A stretch of 32,000 nucleotides of DNA from contig NC_010546.1 in NCBI RefSeq assembly GCF_000017845.1, forward strand, positions 540,001 to 572,000, written 5' to 3'. A program made the position numbers and the translations under genes. The DNA comes from Crocosphaera subtropica ATCC 51142 (lineage in GTDB: Bacteria; Cyanobacteriota; Cyanobacteriia; Cyanobacteriales; Microcystaceae). Positions within the stretch are counted from its first letter, which is position 1. Each line of letters starts with the position of its first letter. The notes beneath the pieces are model-generated. The model was not told the DNA's origin. It saw nothing but the letters and a program-made list of their open reading frames with translations, and did no database searches. This document shows, piece by piece, positions 1 to 8,467 of the stretch.

Positions 1-705
1 ATTCCATTACTTTTGATAGGTCTTTTACTTCTACTAAAAGAAAAAAGCTCGTCTAAGTGGGTATTATATCTTTGGCTAATACTATATCCCATTCCTGCTG
101 CTTTTATCTCTCCAGAGAGTGCTGTTAGAACTTTAGGAAGCACTCCATTATTCGCCATAATTTCTGGTTATGCTGTTGCTGAAATCACCGACTTTTTGAA
201 AGGAATCTGGAAACAGATAATTACATTTTTGCTTATAGTAATTATGTTTGCTAACTTAGTGATATACTGTCAGCGATATGTGTTTGAATATCCCCGTTGG
301 CATACTGATGTTTGGCTATCGACTTTAGGAGAAACCATTAGCTATGCTGATCGAACTTCCAACGAATGTATTATTTATAGTAGTAATGTTTACGGAACTT
401 ATGCCTATATTTTGATTCCATTTTTTACAAAAATGCCTCCGAGTCAATATCATCAGTATGGGGTAGATATTGTTGAGAATAAGTTAGATATGGGAAGATG
501 GAAAATACAAGACTTAAACAATATGGACGAACTTAATACTAATTGTCTATACCTTTTAAGTGGTGATCCTAATGCTAATAAACCCAAAGGAAAGGATGGG
601 GAAATTTTAGAAGCTAAAGGTTATCAAGAAAAGTTTATTCATTCTTTTAAAGATATTAATAATGTTGAATTTTATCGTTTGGTTGAAATTGAGAAGAAGT
701 CATGA
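1..705 (+). CDS. C-terminal part of a polytopic membrane protein, probably GT39/ArnT-like glycosyltransferase (5' end outside window)
   Basis: The frame is open from base 1; the TTG at 13 is only the ORF-caller start. Hydrophobic helices (LYLWLILYPIPAAFI, IITFLLIVIMFANLVIY) are followed by a soluble tail. The family call rests on remembered similarity only. Confidence 0.5.
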   Translation: MPLLLIGLLLLLKEKSSSKWVLYLWLILYPIPAAFISPESAVRTLGSTPLFAIISGYAVAEITDFLKGIWKQIITFLLIVIMFANLVIYCQRYVFEYPRWHTDVWLSTLGETISYADRTSNECIIYSSNVYGTYAYILIPFFTKMPPSQYHQYGVDIVENKLDMGRWKIQDLNNMDELNTNCLYLLSGDPNANKPKGKDGEILEAKGYQEKFIHSFKDINNVEFYRLVEIEKKS

Positions 706-1556
706 AGATATTGATAAGTTTCTTCGGGAGATTCTTCAGGTAAAAAATGTCCACAATTGACAGCTTTTCCTTGAACATTGGTTGCTCTTTTTTGCCAACT
801 TGTAATCACATCATAGGTTTTTTCGATCACCCCTTTGTTTCCCCATAAAACTAACAAAGGACATTCTATTTTTTTGTCCATATCTGTGCGATCATGTTCT
901 AAATCAATGGTTGCAGATGCTCGATAATCTTCACAAGTTCCATGAACTGTATTGGGATCACGAAAACATCTTAAATATTCTGCCATTGCTTCTGAAGAAA
1001 AAGGACGATCCGTTTTACTCCAACTTTGTAAACAATGAGTCAAGAAAAAGTCAGGATTTTGATTAATTAGGGTTTCAGGAAATGGAAACGGTTGAATTAG
1101 AAAAAACCAATGATAATAAACTTTGGCAAATTCTTGGTCTGTTTCGCTGTACATTTGATAGGTTGGTGCAATATCTAATAACGCTAGTTTTTTGACTTTG
1201 TTAGGATAGTCTAGAGTTAAACGATGAGCAACCCTTCCCCCGCGATCGTGTCCTACTAGGTAGAATTGATCATAACCTAATTGTGCCATAACTTCTATTT
1301 GATCCTGTGCCATGACTCGTTTAGAATAGTTATAATGATCCGTCATTCCTATCGGCTTATCACTGTCTCCATAACCCCGTAGATCAGGTATAATTACTGT
1401 GAATTCTTGAGCTAAATTTGGGGCAATTTTATGCCACATAACATGGGTTTGAGGATAACCATGTAATAATAATAGTGGGTATCCTTTTCCTCCTTTAACG
1501 AGATTAATTTTGACTTCTGAGGTTGTTATCGTTAGCTTTTGAAAATTGTTCAACAT
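672..1556 (-). CDS. alpha/beta-fold hydrolase (haloacetate dehalogenase / epoxide hydrolase-like)
   Basis: 294-aa ORF. HGYPQTHVMWHKIAP...DLRGYGDSDKP and the nucleophile elbow GHDRGG are typical of this family. It overlaps the previous gene convergently by 34 nt. Confidence 0.85.
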   Translation of the reverse strand: MLNNFQKLTITTSEVKINLVKGGKGYPLLLLHGYPQTHVMWHKIAPNLAQEFTVIIPDLRGYGDSDKPIGMTDHYNYSKRVMAQDQIEVMAQLGYDQFYLVGHDRGGRVAHRLTLDYPNKVKKLALLDIAPTYQMYSETDQEFAKVYYHWFFLIQPFPFPETLINQNPDFFLTHCLQSWSKTDRPFSSEAMAEYLRCFRDPNTVHGTCEDYRASATIDLEHDRTDMDKKIECPLLVLWGNKGVIEKTYDVITSWQKRATNVQGKAVNCGHFLPEESPEETYQYLHDFFSISTKR

Positions 1557-1651
1557 TTTTACAATATTGATCTAGGTCTTCACTTCATAATAGGTTAGAT
1601 TACCTTAGATAAGTTTAAATAATCAATATTCTTTACTATGAGTTGATAATT

Positions 1652-2119
1652 ATGGCCATTGAAATTGAACGTAAATTTTTAGTAATTAATGATAATTGGC
1701 GTTCTTTAGGAATAGGAAAAGTTTATAAACAAGGCTATATTGCAACAGCTGATAAAATAACAACCATTCGAGTCAGAATTATCGGCAATGAAGCTTATCT
1801 GACGATTAAAAGTAAAACCGAAGGCATTAGTCGTCAGGAATTTGAATATCCTATTCCTTTAGAGGATGCAGAAATTATGTTAAATACGTTGTGCGATCGC
1901 CCTTTAATTGAGAAGGTTCGCTACACAATCAATCAGGAAAAGTTAATTTGGGAAATTGATGAATTTAAAGGGGACAACGAAGGACTTATCTTAGCAGAAA
2001 TTGAATTAAAAAGTGAAGATCAAGTTATTAATTTTCCAGACTGGGTTGGAGAAGAAGTGAGTCACGATCCAAAATACTATAACGTTAACTTGGTTAAACA
2101 TCCCTATAAAATATGGTGA
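1652..2119 (+). CDS. CYTH domain protein (CyaB/ThTPase-like triphosphate tunnel enzyme)
   Basis: N-terminal EIERKFLV signature and about 155 aa length. The ATG at 1652 is preferred over the TTG at 1643 used by the ORF track. Confidence 0.85.
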   Translation: MAIEIERKFLVINDNWRSLGIGKVYKQGYIATADKITTIRVRIIGNEAYLTIKSKTEGISRQEFEYPIPLEDAEIMLNTLCDRPLIEKVRYTINQEKLIWEIDEFKGDNEGLILAEIELKSEDQVINFPDWVGEEVSHDPKYYNVNLVKHPYKIW

Positions 2120-2248
2120 TCAATATTAGTATTGAGAGTCAATATTCTCCGTGATCTCTATCACAGTTAATCATTACAAAACATTAGATAATTTAAGGAA
2201 GTCGATAACAATCGAAATTAAAAGATATTAGATTAAAGTATCTGAATT

Positions 2249-3670
2249 ATGGTTGAAAAATCCCAGCAAAAGCAAAAATTATTACAAGAGTTAGTTGGAA
2301 AGGATCAAGGAAAGAATCAAATTAATTTATTACCAAAAAAAATTGCTGATCCGATTAATAAAAATCTTCAAAATCGTTATCAAGGATTAATTGAACAAGA
2401 AGAATTGGATGGTTTAAATGTTTGGGAATCTAATGAAATTATTAAACAATTAGATGCAGAAAAACCTATTTCAAAAATAGATGTTGATCGAATGGTTGTT
2501 GATAATCCAACCCAAAAAATTATCGGAATATTACCTTCTAACAATCTTAACCTAAGTGCGGAATCTCCCTCTCTCGGTTCTATCATTGTTTCTCCTATTC
2601 CAGTTGCTTTACTAACTTTAGTATCTGGTGTTATTTTGCTTCAAAAAAAAGATACCATTGCTCAATTCTTCTTCGATAAAGATGGAATAGTAGAGCAAAT
2701 TATGGAAAAATTAGGATTAGCTAAACCTAAAGTTTCAGAAACAGCAATTTTTCTTCACAATCGTACCCTAGAAAATGCCAAATTGTTAGCAAAATCTGCT
2801 CAAGCAGTAGATAAAAATAAGTTTAGTAAGCATGAATTTTTATTATTTGCCAAAATTAAATTTTGTCTCCAATATAATCAAGGAGAATATGAGGGATTAG
2901 ACCATAGTATTCAACTTTTTAAGTCTGCGGTAAAAGCTCAAAAAAGTTATGTGATTATCAGTCAGATTGAATCTATGTGTCAAGGCATAAAACAAAAAGA
3001 ATTTTATGATTATGTTAATCGAAAATTACAAAAATTCGATGATTCAGAGACATTCAATGAACAAATAAATGAAAAATTAACGGAAATTTTACCAAAAATT
3101 AAAACAGAAGAAGGAAAAAATAAATTACAGACTTATGCCGAAGAAATAGCCCATTTATCAGAAGATATTTGTAGTTTACAACTCTTTTCGTGGTTCAATC
3201 AACAACAATTAACAGAGTTTTCAGTTCTAAAATCTATCATTGAAATTATAGAGAGTTTAGATGAAACAGATGTTATCAACTTAAAAGCTTTAACTTGTTT
3301 GGTGATGGTTCATTATGATAATTTTGAAGCATTAGGACAGATGATTGGTGTAACTGGTAAAAAAAGTAGTCCTGATACCTATGCACGAATGATTCAATAC
3401 ATTGCCCTTGAAGAAAGACATAAAAAGTCCTATGGGCAATTTGAACAACTTATTAATGTGATGCGTCAATGGTATCCCCTTTACCAAGGGATTAAAGGAA
3501 TTCGTGACGAATATCCCGAAAAAGATTATAGAAAACCCAAAGATTTTCTCCAAGAAATTCCAGGAATAGAGCTATACCATAAATATAGGAATTATTTAAC
3601 CGATCAAAAAACAGGTCATATTTACATTGATTTTGGAGAAGAAACCGAATCAGAGATAGAGGACAATTAG
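2249..3670 (+). CDS. hypothetical protein, single predicted TM helix, helical Lys/Glu/Gln-rich C-terminal region
   Basis: 473-aa uninterrupted ORF. The hydrophobic segment IIVSPIPVALLTLVSGVILL lies near residue 115. I recognise no family motif. Confidence 0.6.
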   Translation: MVEKSQQKQKLLQELVGKDQGKNQINLLPKKIADPINKNLQNRYQGLIEQEELDGLNVWESNEIIKQLDAEKPISKIDVDRMVVDNPTQKIIGILPSNNLNLSAESPSLGSIIVSPIPVALLTLVSGVILLQKKDTIAQFFFDKDGIVEQIMEKLGLAKPKVSETAIFLHNRTLENAKLLAKSAQAVDKNKFSKHEFLLFAKIKFCLQYNQGEYEGLDHSIQLFKSAVKAQKSYVIISQIESMCQGIKQKEFYDYVNRKLQKFDDSETFNEQINEKLTEILPKIKTEEGKNKLQTYAEEIAHLSEDICSLQLFSWFNQQQLTEFSVLKSIIEIIESLDETDVINLKALTCLVMVHYDNFEALGQMIGVTGKKSSPDTYARMIQYIALEERHKKSYGQFEQLINVMRQWYPLYQGIKGIRDEYPEKDYRKPKDFLQEIPGIELYHKYRNYLTDQKTGHIYIDFGEETESEIEDN

Positions 3671-3671
3671 A

Positions 3672-3956
3672 TCAATTTTGATGAGTTAAAAAAAGAACAG
3701 ACACATCTTTGGGTGAAACCCGTTGATATAACTTTTCTTCGGGTAAAATTATAATATTCGGTCCGTTTCCACATTGTCCCAAACAACCACAAGGCATCAC
3801 TTTGATATCTCCAGACGTTTGAGACTCTAATGCTGTTAATATTTTTTTTGAACCATCTTTGCGACAACAACGGCCTTGACAGACTAAAATTGAGCGATCT
3901 CCAAGAGATCCGCCTAGCAGTACGCTTGACATTTGATTAAAGTTATATAACTGCAT
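3672..3956 (-). CDS. thioredoxin-like [2Fe-2S] ferredoxin domain protein
   Basis: 94 aa with the Cys ligand pattern CQGRCC ... CGCLGQCGNGPN, typical of NuoE/thioredoxin-like 2Fe-2S ferredoxins. Confidence 0.8.
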   Translation of the reverse strand: MQLYNFNQMSSVLLGGSLGDRSILVCQGRCCRKDGSKKILTALESQTSGDIKVMPCGCLGQCGNGPNIIILPEEKLYQRVSPKDVSVLFLTHQN

Positions 3957-4030
3957 AGGTAGTAATTTACCTAAAATCTAGTACCTCTGAATTAGTTTAG
4001 CAAAATCTCTTCGCTATTCCCAACACCTCA

Positions 4031-4294
4031 CATCAATTTGAAGTCATTCATCTTTGGGAAATACCCAGCCAACAACTGTTACAGTTCTCAGGCTTATAGC
4101 CCTTAGCTGTGTTAAGTTAAAGCAACAATCCTGTTAATATTTTACAAGAAATTGCCCAAGGGATCGACATCCTAGATGACCCCAGACAACAGAGTAACAT
4201 GGCAGCATCCACCGCCATTCTTGCTGGTTTATTATTAGAAGAATTAGGAGAAGGATTACTGTACTTTCAAGCAGAACAAGACTTAATTAATTGA
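4031..4294 (+). pseudogene. decayed C-terminal remnant of an Rpn-family (PD-(D/E)XK, DUF4351-type) recombination-promoting nuclease / putative transposase
   Basis: One frame reads HQFEVIHLWEIPSQQLLQFSGL*PLAVLS*SNNPVNILQEIAQGIDILDDPRQQSNMAASTAILAGLLLEE...QDLIN*. This resembles the conserved tail of that cyanobacterial family. It has two in-frame stops and no N-terminal nuclease domain. Confidence 0.55.
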
Positions 4295-4369
4295 TTTGAA
4301 AATTAACAAAAATAATGTAGGGCGATACACTCCCCACCCTACCCCAACTCACATATTAAAACAACTAAC

Positions 4370-5983
4370 ATGGATCAAGATATTACAAACAAAATACGAC
4401 AACAAGACACAGAAGAAAAACAAGCACTTACTTTACTTTTAGAACGGTATTTATCTGATCAAGATCAACTATTTGTGCAGAAAACCCAAATGGGAACCAC
4501 TCAAGGTTATTTAAGTTCAGTATCCTTAGAATGGTTAGCTAGGCGAGTACACTTTGCCCTAGAATTACCCTTATTTCGCCGTAAATATGACCCTGAAACT
4601 AATAATATTATCCGAGATTCTGAAACCGTAGAAGAATTACAACAACGTCCCTTAGATTGGTCAAGACAATCCCATTTAGCCCAATATTTAGCGGTTTTAA
4701 ATAATCATAAATTTCCCCCAATTTTAGTAGTCATTAGTCAAGATTGGGTGAACGATCCCACTGCATCAGAATGGGATTTTGAACACCGTGCAAAAGTAAG
4801 CGTAGATAATTTTACTTCCCTAGATAAAAATGATAGTATAGGCTTGTTGAATATCGGAGAAAATTATTCAATTTTTGCCCTAGATGGACAACATCGGTTA
4901 ATGGGGATTCAAGGATTAATGGAGTTATTAAAAACAGGAAAATTAGAAGTTTATAATAAAGTTAAAAAAGCAACAGGAAACCCGATTACGTTAGATGAAT
5001 TAATAGAAGAATATGATCTCGATCCCATTGCTTTACAAAGTTTAGCCAAAGAAAAGATCGGTGTTGAAATTATCCCCGCAGTCATCAAAGGAGAAACCTA
5101 CGAAGAAGCAAGAAGACGGGTAAGATCCGTATTTGTTCATGTTAATCGTATGGCCATGTCTTTGAGTAAAGGACAGTTAGTTTTATTGAACGAAGATGAT
5201 GGGTTTGCTATTGTTTCTAGACGACTTGCAATTACTCACCCATTGCTAAAAGATCGAGATGAAAAAGACTGGAATCCTAGGGTAAATTGGGACAGTGCAA
5301 CCATTTCCAATAAATCCACTGTTTTAAGCACATTACAAGCATTACAAGACATGACAGAGGGATATTTAAAATATAAGTTTCCCCATTGGAAAAGTAAAGA
5401 TAAAAAGAACTTGATTGCGTTACGTCCCGATGATAAAGAAATAGAAGAAGGATTAAAGTTATTATCTGAATTATTCGATGGGTTAGCCAGTTTACCCAGT
5501 TATCGACAATTAGAACATGGGATTAAAACTTACGAATTGAGACGTTTTAATCATGAAAACGGAGGAGGGGAAGGAAACTTTTTATTTCGTCCTGTAGGAC
5601 AAATCGCCTTAGCACAAGCATTAGGTTTTTTAGTATTTCATAAAAACTTTAATTCAAAAAGTATTATAAACAAGCTCATTTATTTTGATGAGATTGGAGG
5701 ATTTAGTTATATGGATACATCTCAATCTGTTTGGTATGGGGTTCTTTATGATCCCATGAAAAAACGAATTCAAGTATCAGGTAAAAAATTAGCAAGTCGA
5801 TTATTAATTTACTTATTAGGTGGACTAAAAGATGATTTAGAAAAAGCAGAAATCCGTCGAGAACTAGCTGAAGCAAGAACCATTAAAGATGCTGCTACGA
5901 ATGAGGAAAAAACCATCGATTTTCAAGGTAACTTTGTTAACCCTAAACAAGTGGGTTTACCTAATATTTTAGTTGATAATTGA
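4370..5983 (+). CDS. DGQHR domain protein (DndB-like, ParB/Srx-fold)
   Basis: 537 aa containing the literal motif FALDGQHRLMGIQGL and a downstream FVHVNRMAMSLSKGQ block, as in DndB/DpdB-type proteins. Confidence 0.8.
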   Translation: MDQDITNKIRQQDTEEKQALTLLLERYLSDQDQLFVQKTQMGTTQGYLSSVSLEWLARRVHFALELPLFRRKYDPETNNIIRDSETVEELQQRPLDWSRQSHLAQYLAVLNNHKFPPILVVISQDWVNDPTASEWDFEHRAKVSVDNFTSLDKNDSIGLLNIGENYSIFALDGQHRLMGIQGLMELLKTGKLEVYNKVKKATGNPITLDELIEEYDLDPIALQSLAKEKIGVEIIPAVIKGETYEEARRRVRSVFVHVNRMAMSLSKGQLVLLNEDDGFAIVSRRLAITHPLLKDRDEKDWNPRVNWDSATISNKSTVLSTLQALQDMTEGYLKYKFPHWKSKDKKNLIALRPDDKEIEEGLKLLSELFDGLASLPSYRQLEHGIKTYELRRFNHENGGGEGNFLFRPVGQIALAQALGFLVFHKNFNSKSIINKLIYFDEIGGFSYMDTSQSVWYGVLYDPMKKRIQVSGKKLASRLLIYLLGGLKDDLEKAEIRRELAEARTIKDAATNEEKTIDFQGNFVNPKQVGLPNILVDN

Positions 5984-6033
5984 TACTGATTATGGCATGA
6001 TCATTTGTAAATATATAATAATATTGCTTTAAC

Positions 6034-6396
6034 ATGAATCCAGATACTATTTTTCAACTTTTACAACAATCTTTTCGAGTTGGGGTAGGTTTCACGGCCG
6101 CTATTTTAGAAACGCTCCAAGATCCCCAAAAACGTAATAAAACCTTATCGGAACTGCAACAAGAAATTGCTCAAAAAATCGAAGAATGGGCAAAAAAAGG
6201 CGAAATAACTGAAAAAGAAGCCCGTGAATTCGTCGATCAATGGTTAAATTCTCAATCATCCCCTAATAGTCCCCAAGGATATCCTTCTTCAACCAACACT
6301 AAAGCTAACGTTAACCAAGAAATTCAACAACTGACTGAAAAAATTATCACCCTCAGACAAGAACTTGAAGACCTACGAGAGAAAAAAAAGTCTTAA
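6034..6396 (+). CDS. hypothetical coiled-coil protein
   Basis: 120-aa ORF starting 50 nt after the DGQHR gene. Gln/Glu/Lys-rich heptad-like C-terminus. No recognised motif. Confidence 0.55.
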   Translation: MNPDTIFQLLQQSFRVGVGFTAAILETLQDPQKRNKTLSELQQEIAQKIEEWAKKGEITEKEAREFVDQWLNSQSSPNSPQGYPSSTNTKANVNQEIQQLTEKIITLRQELEDLREKKKS

Positions 6397-6448
6397 ACCT
6401 CTAGAAATAAATGTTTAAGACCATAAGGGTTAATTATTTATAATTCCT

Positions 6449-6482
6449 GAACTCCGAACTCCGAACTCCGAACTCCGAACTC
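6449..6482. repeat. tandem heptamer array (GAACTCC) x4.8, STRR-type
   Basis: Direct reading of gaactccgaactccgaactccgaactccgaactc, between convergent genes. Confidence 0.95.
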
Positions 6483-6492
6483 AGGGTATGGT

Positions 6493-6735
6493 TTAATCAT
6501 TAGACCAAGTTTCTGAACTAATCAGATCACCAATGCGATCGCGTAATAGATACTCGAATTTTTCTAGTTCGTGTTCAACCCAGATCCATTCCCTAGGGGG
6601 AATATAATCGCATAAGCTAGAAATCGGTTGTTGACGGCTAATCACACCACGATCAACCAGATGACGGGCTTCTTGTTGTATAAAATCGATAGAATAACGG
6701 GAAAAACTAACAGGAAAGTGTGTGGAAAGATTCAT
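6493..6735 (-). CDS. small conserved cyanobacterial protein (possibly DUF4327-like), paralog A
   Basis: 80 aa. The C-terminal roughly 56 residues are about two-thirds identical (hand alignment) to the ORF at 7036-7290. Shared blocks are SRQQP, IPPREW, EYLLRD and IGDL..ETW.ND. Confidence 0.75.
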   Translation of the reverse strand: MNLSTHFPVSFSRYSIDFIQQEARHLVDRGVISRQQPISSLCDYIPPREWIWVEHELEKFEYLLRDRIGDLISSETWSND

Positions 6736-6818
6736 AAGTAGAACACCAAACCAGTGAAAATCAAGACCCTGACCCTTAGAATGATCGAACTTACAGACGA
6801 AAGCTGCAAAGTCTTTTT

Positions 6819-6832
6819 GTATTCTTAATTAC
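6819..6832 (-). promoter_or_regulatory. GTA-N8-TAC (NtcA-type) motif upstream of paralog A
   Basis: GTATTCTTAATTAC lies 84 nt upstream of the ATG at 6735. It is embedded in a 12-mer (TACATTTTCTCC, 6830-6841) identical to the one upstream of paralog B. Confidence 0.4.
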
Positions 6833-7035
6833 ATTTTCTCCCTAATTGTGTCAGGAAGTGGTAAATTTTTTGTTTTCCTTTAGAATTACTTTCTTTGACA
6901 TAATTTAAGTCCTAATCTGGGGACTAGGACTCATTTCATATATTCAAAAAGGTTGATTGATAACAAGATATCGTGGGGTTGTTGATGGAACAATCAGACT
7001 TGCTAAGAGAATAAAAATAATGTTATGATGGTATG

Positions 7036-7290
7036 TTAATCATTCTCCCAAGTTTCACAAGCCATCAAGTCTCCAATTTGATCCCGTAATAAATACTCAC
7101 ATCTTTCTAATTCAGTTTCAATGCAAACCCACTCGCGGGGAGGAATAAACTCACAAAGAACATAAAGAGGTTGCTGACGACTCACGACACCACTCTCTAC
7201 TAGATGACGTACCTCGTCTTTAATCATATTAATGGTGTAAGTCGTAGAAGGGGCTGAACTAGGAGGAGAAGGTAGGGTAATAGAACTCAT
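7036..7290 (-). CDS. small conserved cyanobacterial protein (possibly DUF4327-like), paralog B
   Basis: 84 aa, paralogous to 6493-6735, with a divergent Ser/Pro-rich N-terminus. Confidence 0.75.
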   Translation of the reverse strand: MSSITLPSPPSSAPSTTYTINMIKDEVRHLVESGVVSRQQPLYVLCEFIPPREWVCIETELERCEYLLRDQIGDLMACETWEND

Positions 7291-7368
7291 AGAAATTTAC
7301 CAAGTGACTAGGAAGGCTTACTGTTTACTATAATCTAATTTTGCCTAATAATAAACTGATTTTTTGCT

Positions 7369-7382
7369 GTAACAAAGACTAC
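7369..7382 (-). promoter_or_regulatory. GTA-N8-TAC (NtcA-type) motif upstream of paralog B
   Basis: GTAACAAAGACTAC lies 79 nt upstream of the ATG at 7290, with the identical 12-mer TACATTTTCTCC at 7380-7391. Confidence 0.4.
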
Positions 7383-7447
7383 ATTTTCTCCTTTTCGTTC
7401 TGAAGCCCCTTTATATCATAGTTTACAGGATGTTAAAAAATATTAAT

Positions 7448-8167
7448 TTAGCAGTGACCAGTTATAATCATCAGGGAAAAATAAGAAAGGTCGAGAGTTG
7501 GGTGATCTCTTAGGTTTCGATAGATTTTTTCTTCGGGTTGGTTTGCCCGTTCTACAATGAAGGCATGATCCAATAAGTTTAAACGTTCTAACCTATGCCA
7601 AACTTGAGAATAAACGGAACTCACTTTTAGTAAAACAATGACATCAGCCCAACTTAAAAGCTGATCTAACTCAGCCATATTGTACAAAGCAGGGATAATA
7701 GCTAACTTTTGAGAACCCAGGGTTAAAGGGATGCCTAACACCGAAGCAGTGGCCACAGGAGAACAAACCCCAGGAATGGTTTGTATGGTTACTTGGGGAT
7801 GATCTTCTCTAAGGGTTTGGGCTAGATAAGTAAAGGTACTGTAAAGACTAATATCTCCTTCACAAGCAAAAGCCACATCGAGTCCCTGATAAAGATATTC
7901 CCATACCGTTTCTGTTGCGTCTTTCCACGCTTGTTTTAACTGCTGTTCATCTTGAAGATAGGGAAAATAAAGGGGTAATTTTTTTTGCTGTGGGGTGATC
8001 CAAGGGGTAATAATTTTCTCCGCTAAACCTTGTTTACCATTCACTCCCATCGGAAAAGCAATAATAGAAGTTTCTTGCAATAACCGTTGTCCTTTAATCG
8101 TAATTAATTCTGGATCACCAGTTCCCACACTCACCCCATATAAACTTCCTAATCTTTTTGCCCTCAA
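7448..8167 (-). CDS. cobI: precorrin-2 C20-methyltransferase
   Basis: 239 aa. The N-terminal LYGVSVGTGDPELITIKG tetrapyrrole-methylase signature and overall length fit CobI/CbiL. The start is a TTG, which is uncertain. Confidence 0.8.
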   Translation of the reverse strand: MRAKRLGSLYGVSVGTGDPELITIKGQRLLQETSIIAFPMGVNGKQGLAEKIITPWITPQQKKLPLYFPYLQDEQQLKQAWKDATETVWEYLYQGLDVAFACEGDISLYSTFTYLAQTLREDHPQVTIQTIPGVCSPVATASVLGIPLTLGSQKLAIIPALYNMAELDQLLSWADVIVLLKVSSVYSQVWHRLERLNLLDHAFIVERANQPEEKIYRNLRDHPTLDLSYFSLMIITGHC

Positions 8168-8467
8168 AATTGACTTAACTCCTGATTGAACATCAATATA
8201 TTTTTTTATGGTTGCTTATTTTTAATAACTTTTTTCTAAAAATAAAATTAAGTTTTATAAAGAATGATTAAAAGAATTACAAAATATAAACATAATCTTC
8301 ACATAAAAATCTTTACATAAAGCGTAATTCTACTAACGACAGAAACAGGGTGCCTTATGTTAGCCTATAGTTAGATTTAGTCCATATAAACAATTTAGAT
8401 TCAGAATTGATTCCCTGTTTCAATATTTCCTATCCTTACCATCAATTGTATTAAATATAGGTAGTAC

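Noticed and set aside
1643-1651. TTG-initiated extensions used by the ORF track for the CYTH gene (1643) and for the small ORF before nifV (18814)
   Set aside because: In-frame ATGs slightly downstream (1652 and 18787) give products that match the expected family N-termini and lengths better.
2380-3870. Short ORFs at 2380-2586, 3332-3553 and 3667-3870, and similar ones elsewhere (7995-8189, 10813-11001, 11671-11853, 16031-16216, 17156-17395, 17828-18019, 18296-18541, 19789-20013, 30429-30644)
   Set aside because: They overlap longer, motif-supported CDSs on the other strand or in another frame. I judge them spurious.
4370-5983. Calling the DGQHR gene dndB of a complete phosphorothioation system
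   Set aside because: No dndA/C/D/E or dptFGH-like genes are within the window. Only the domain-level call is justified.
8168-8467. Cobalamin riboswitch upstream of cobI
   Set aside because: The spacer is very AT-rich. I could not find a B12-box-like core or the conserved GC-rich helices, so I make no call.
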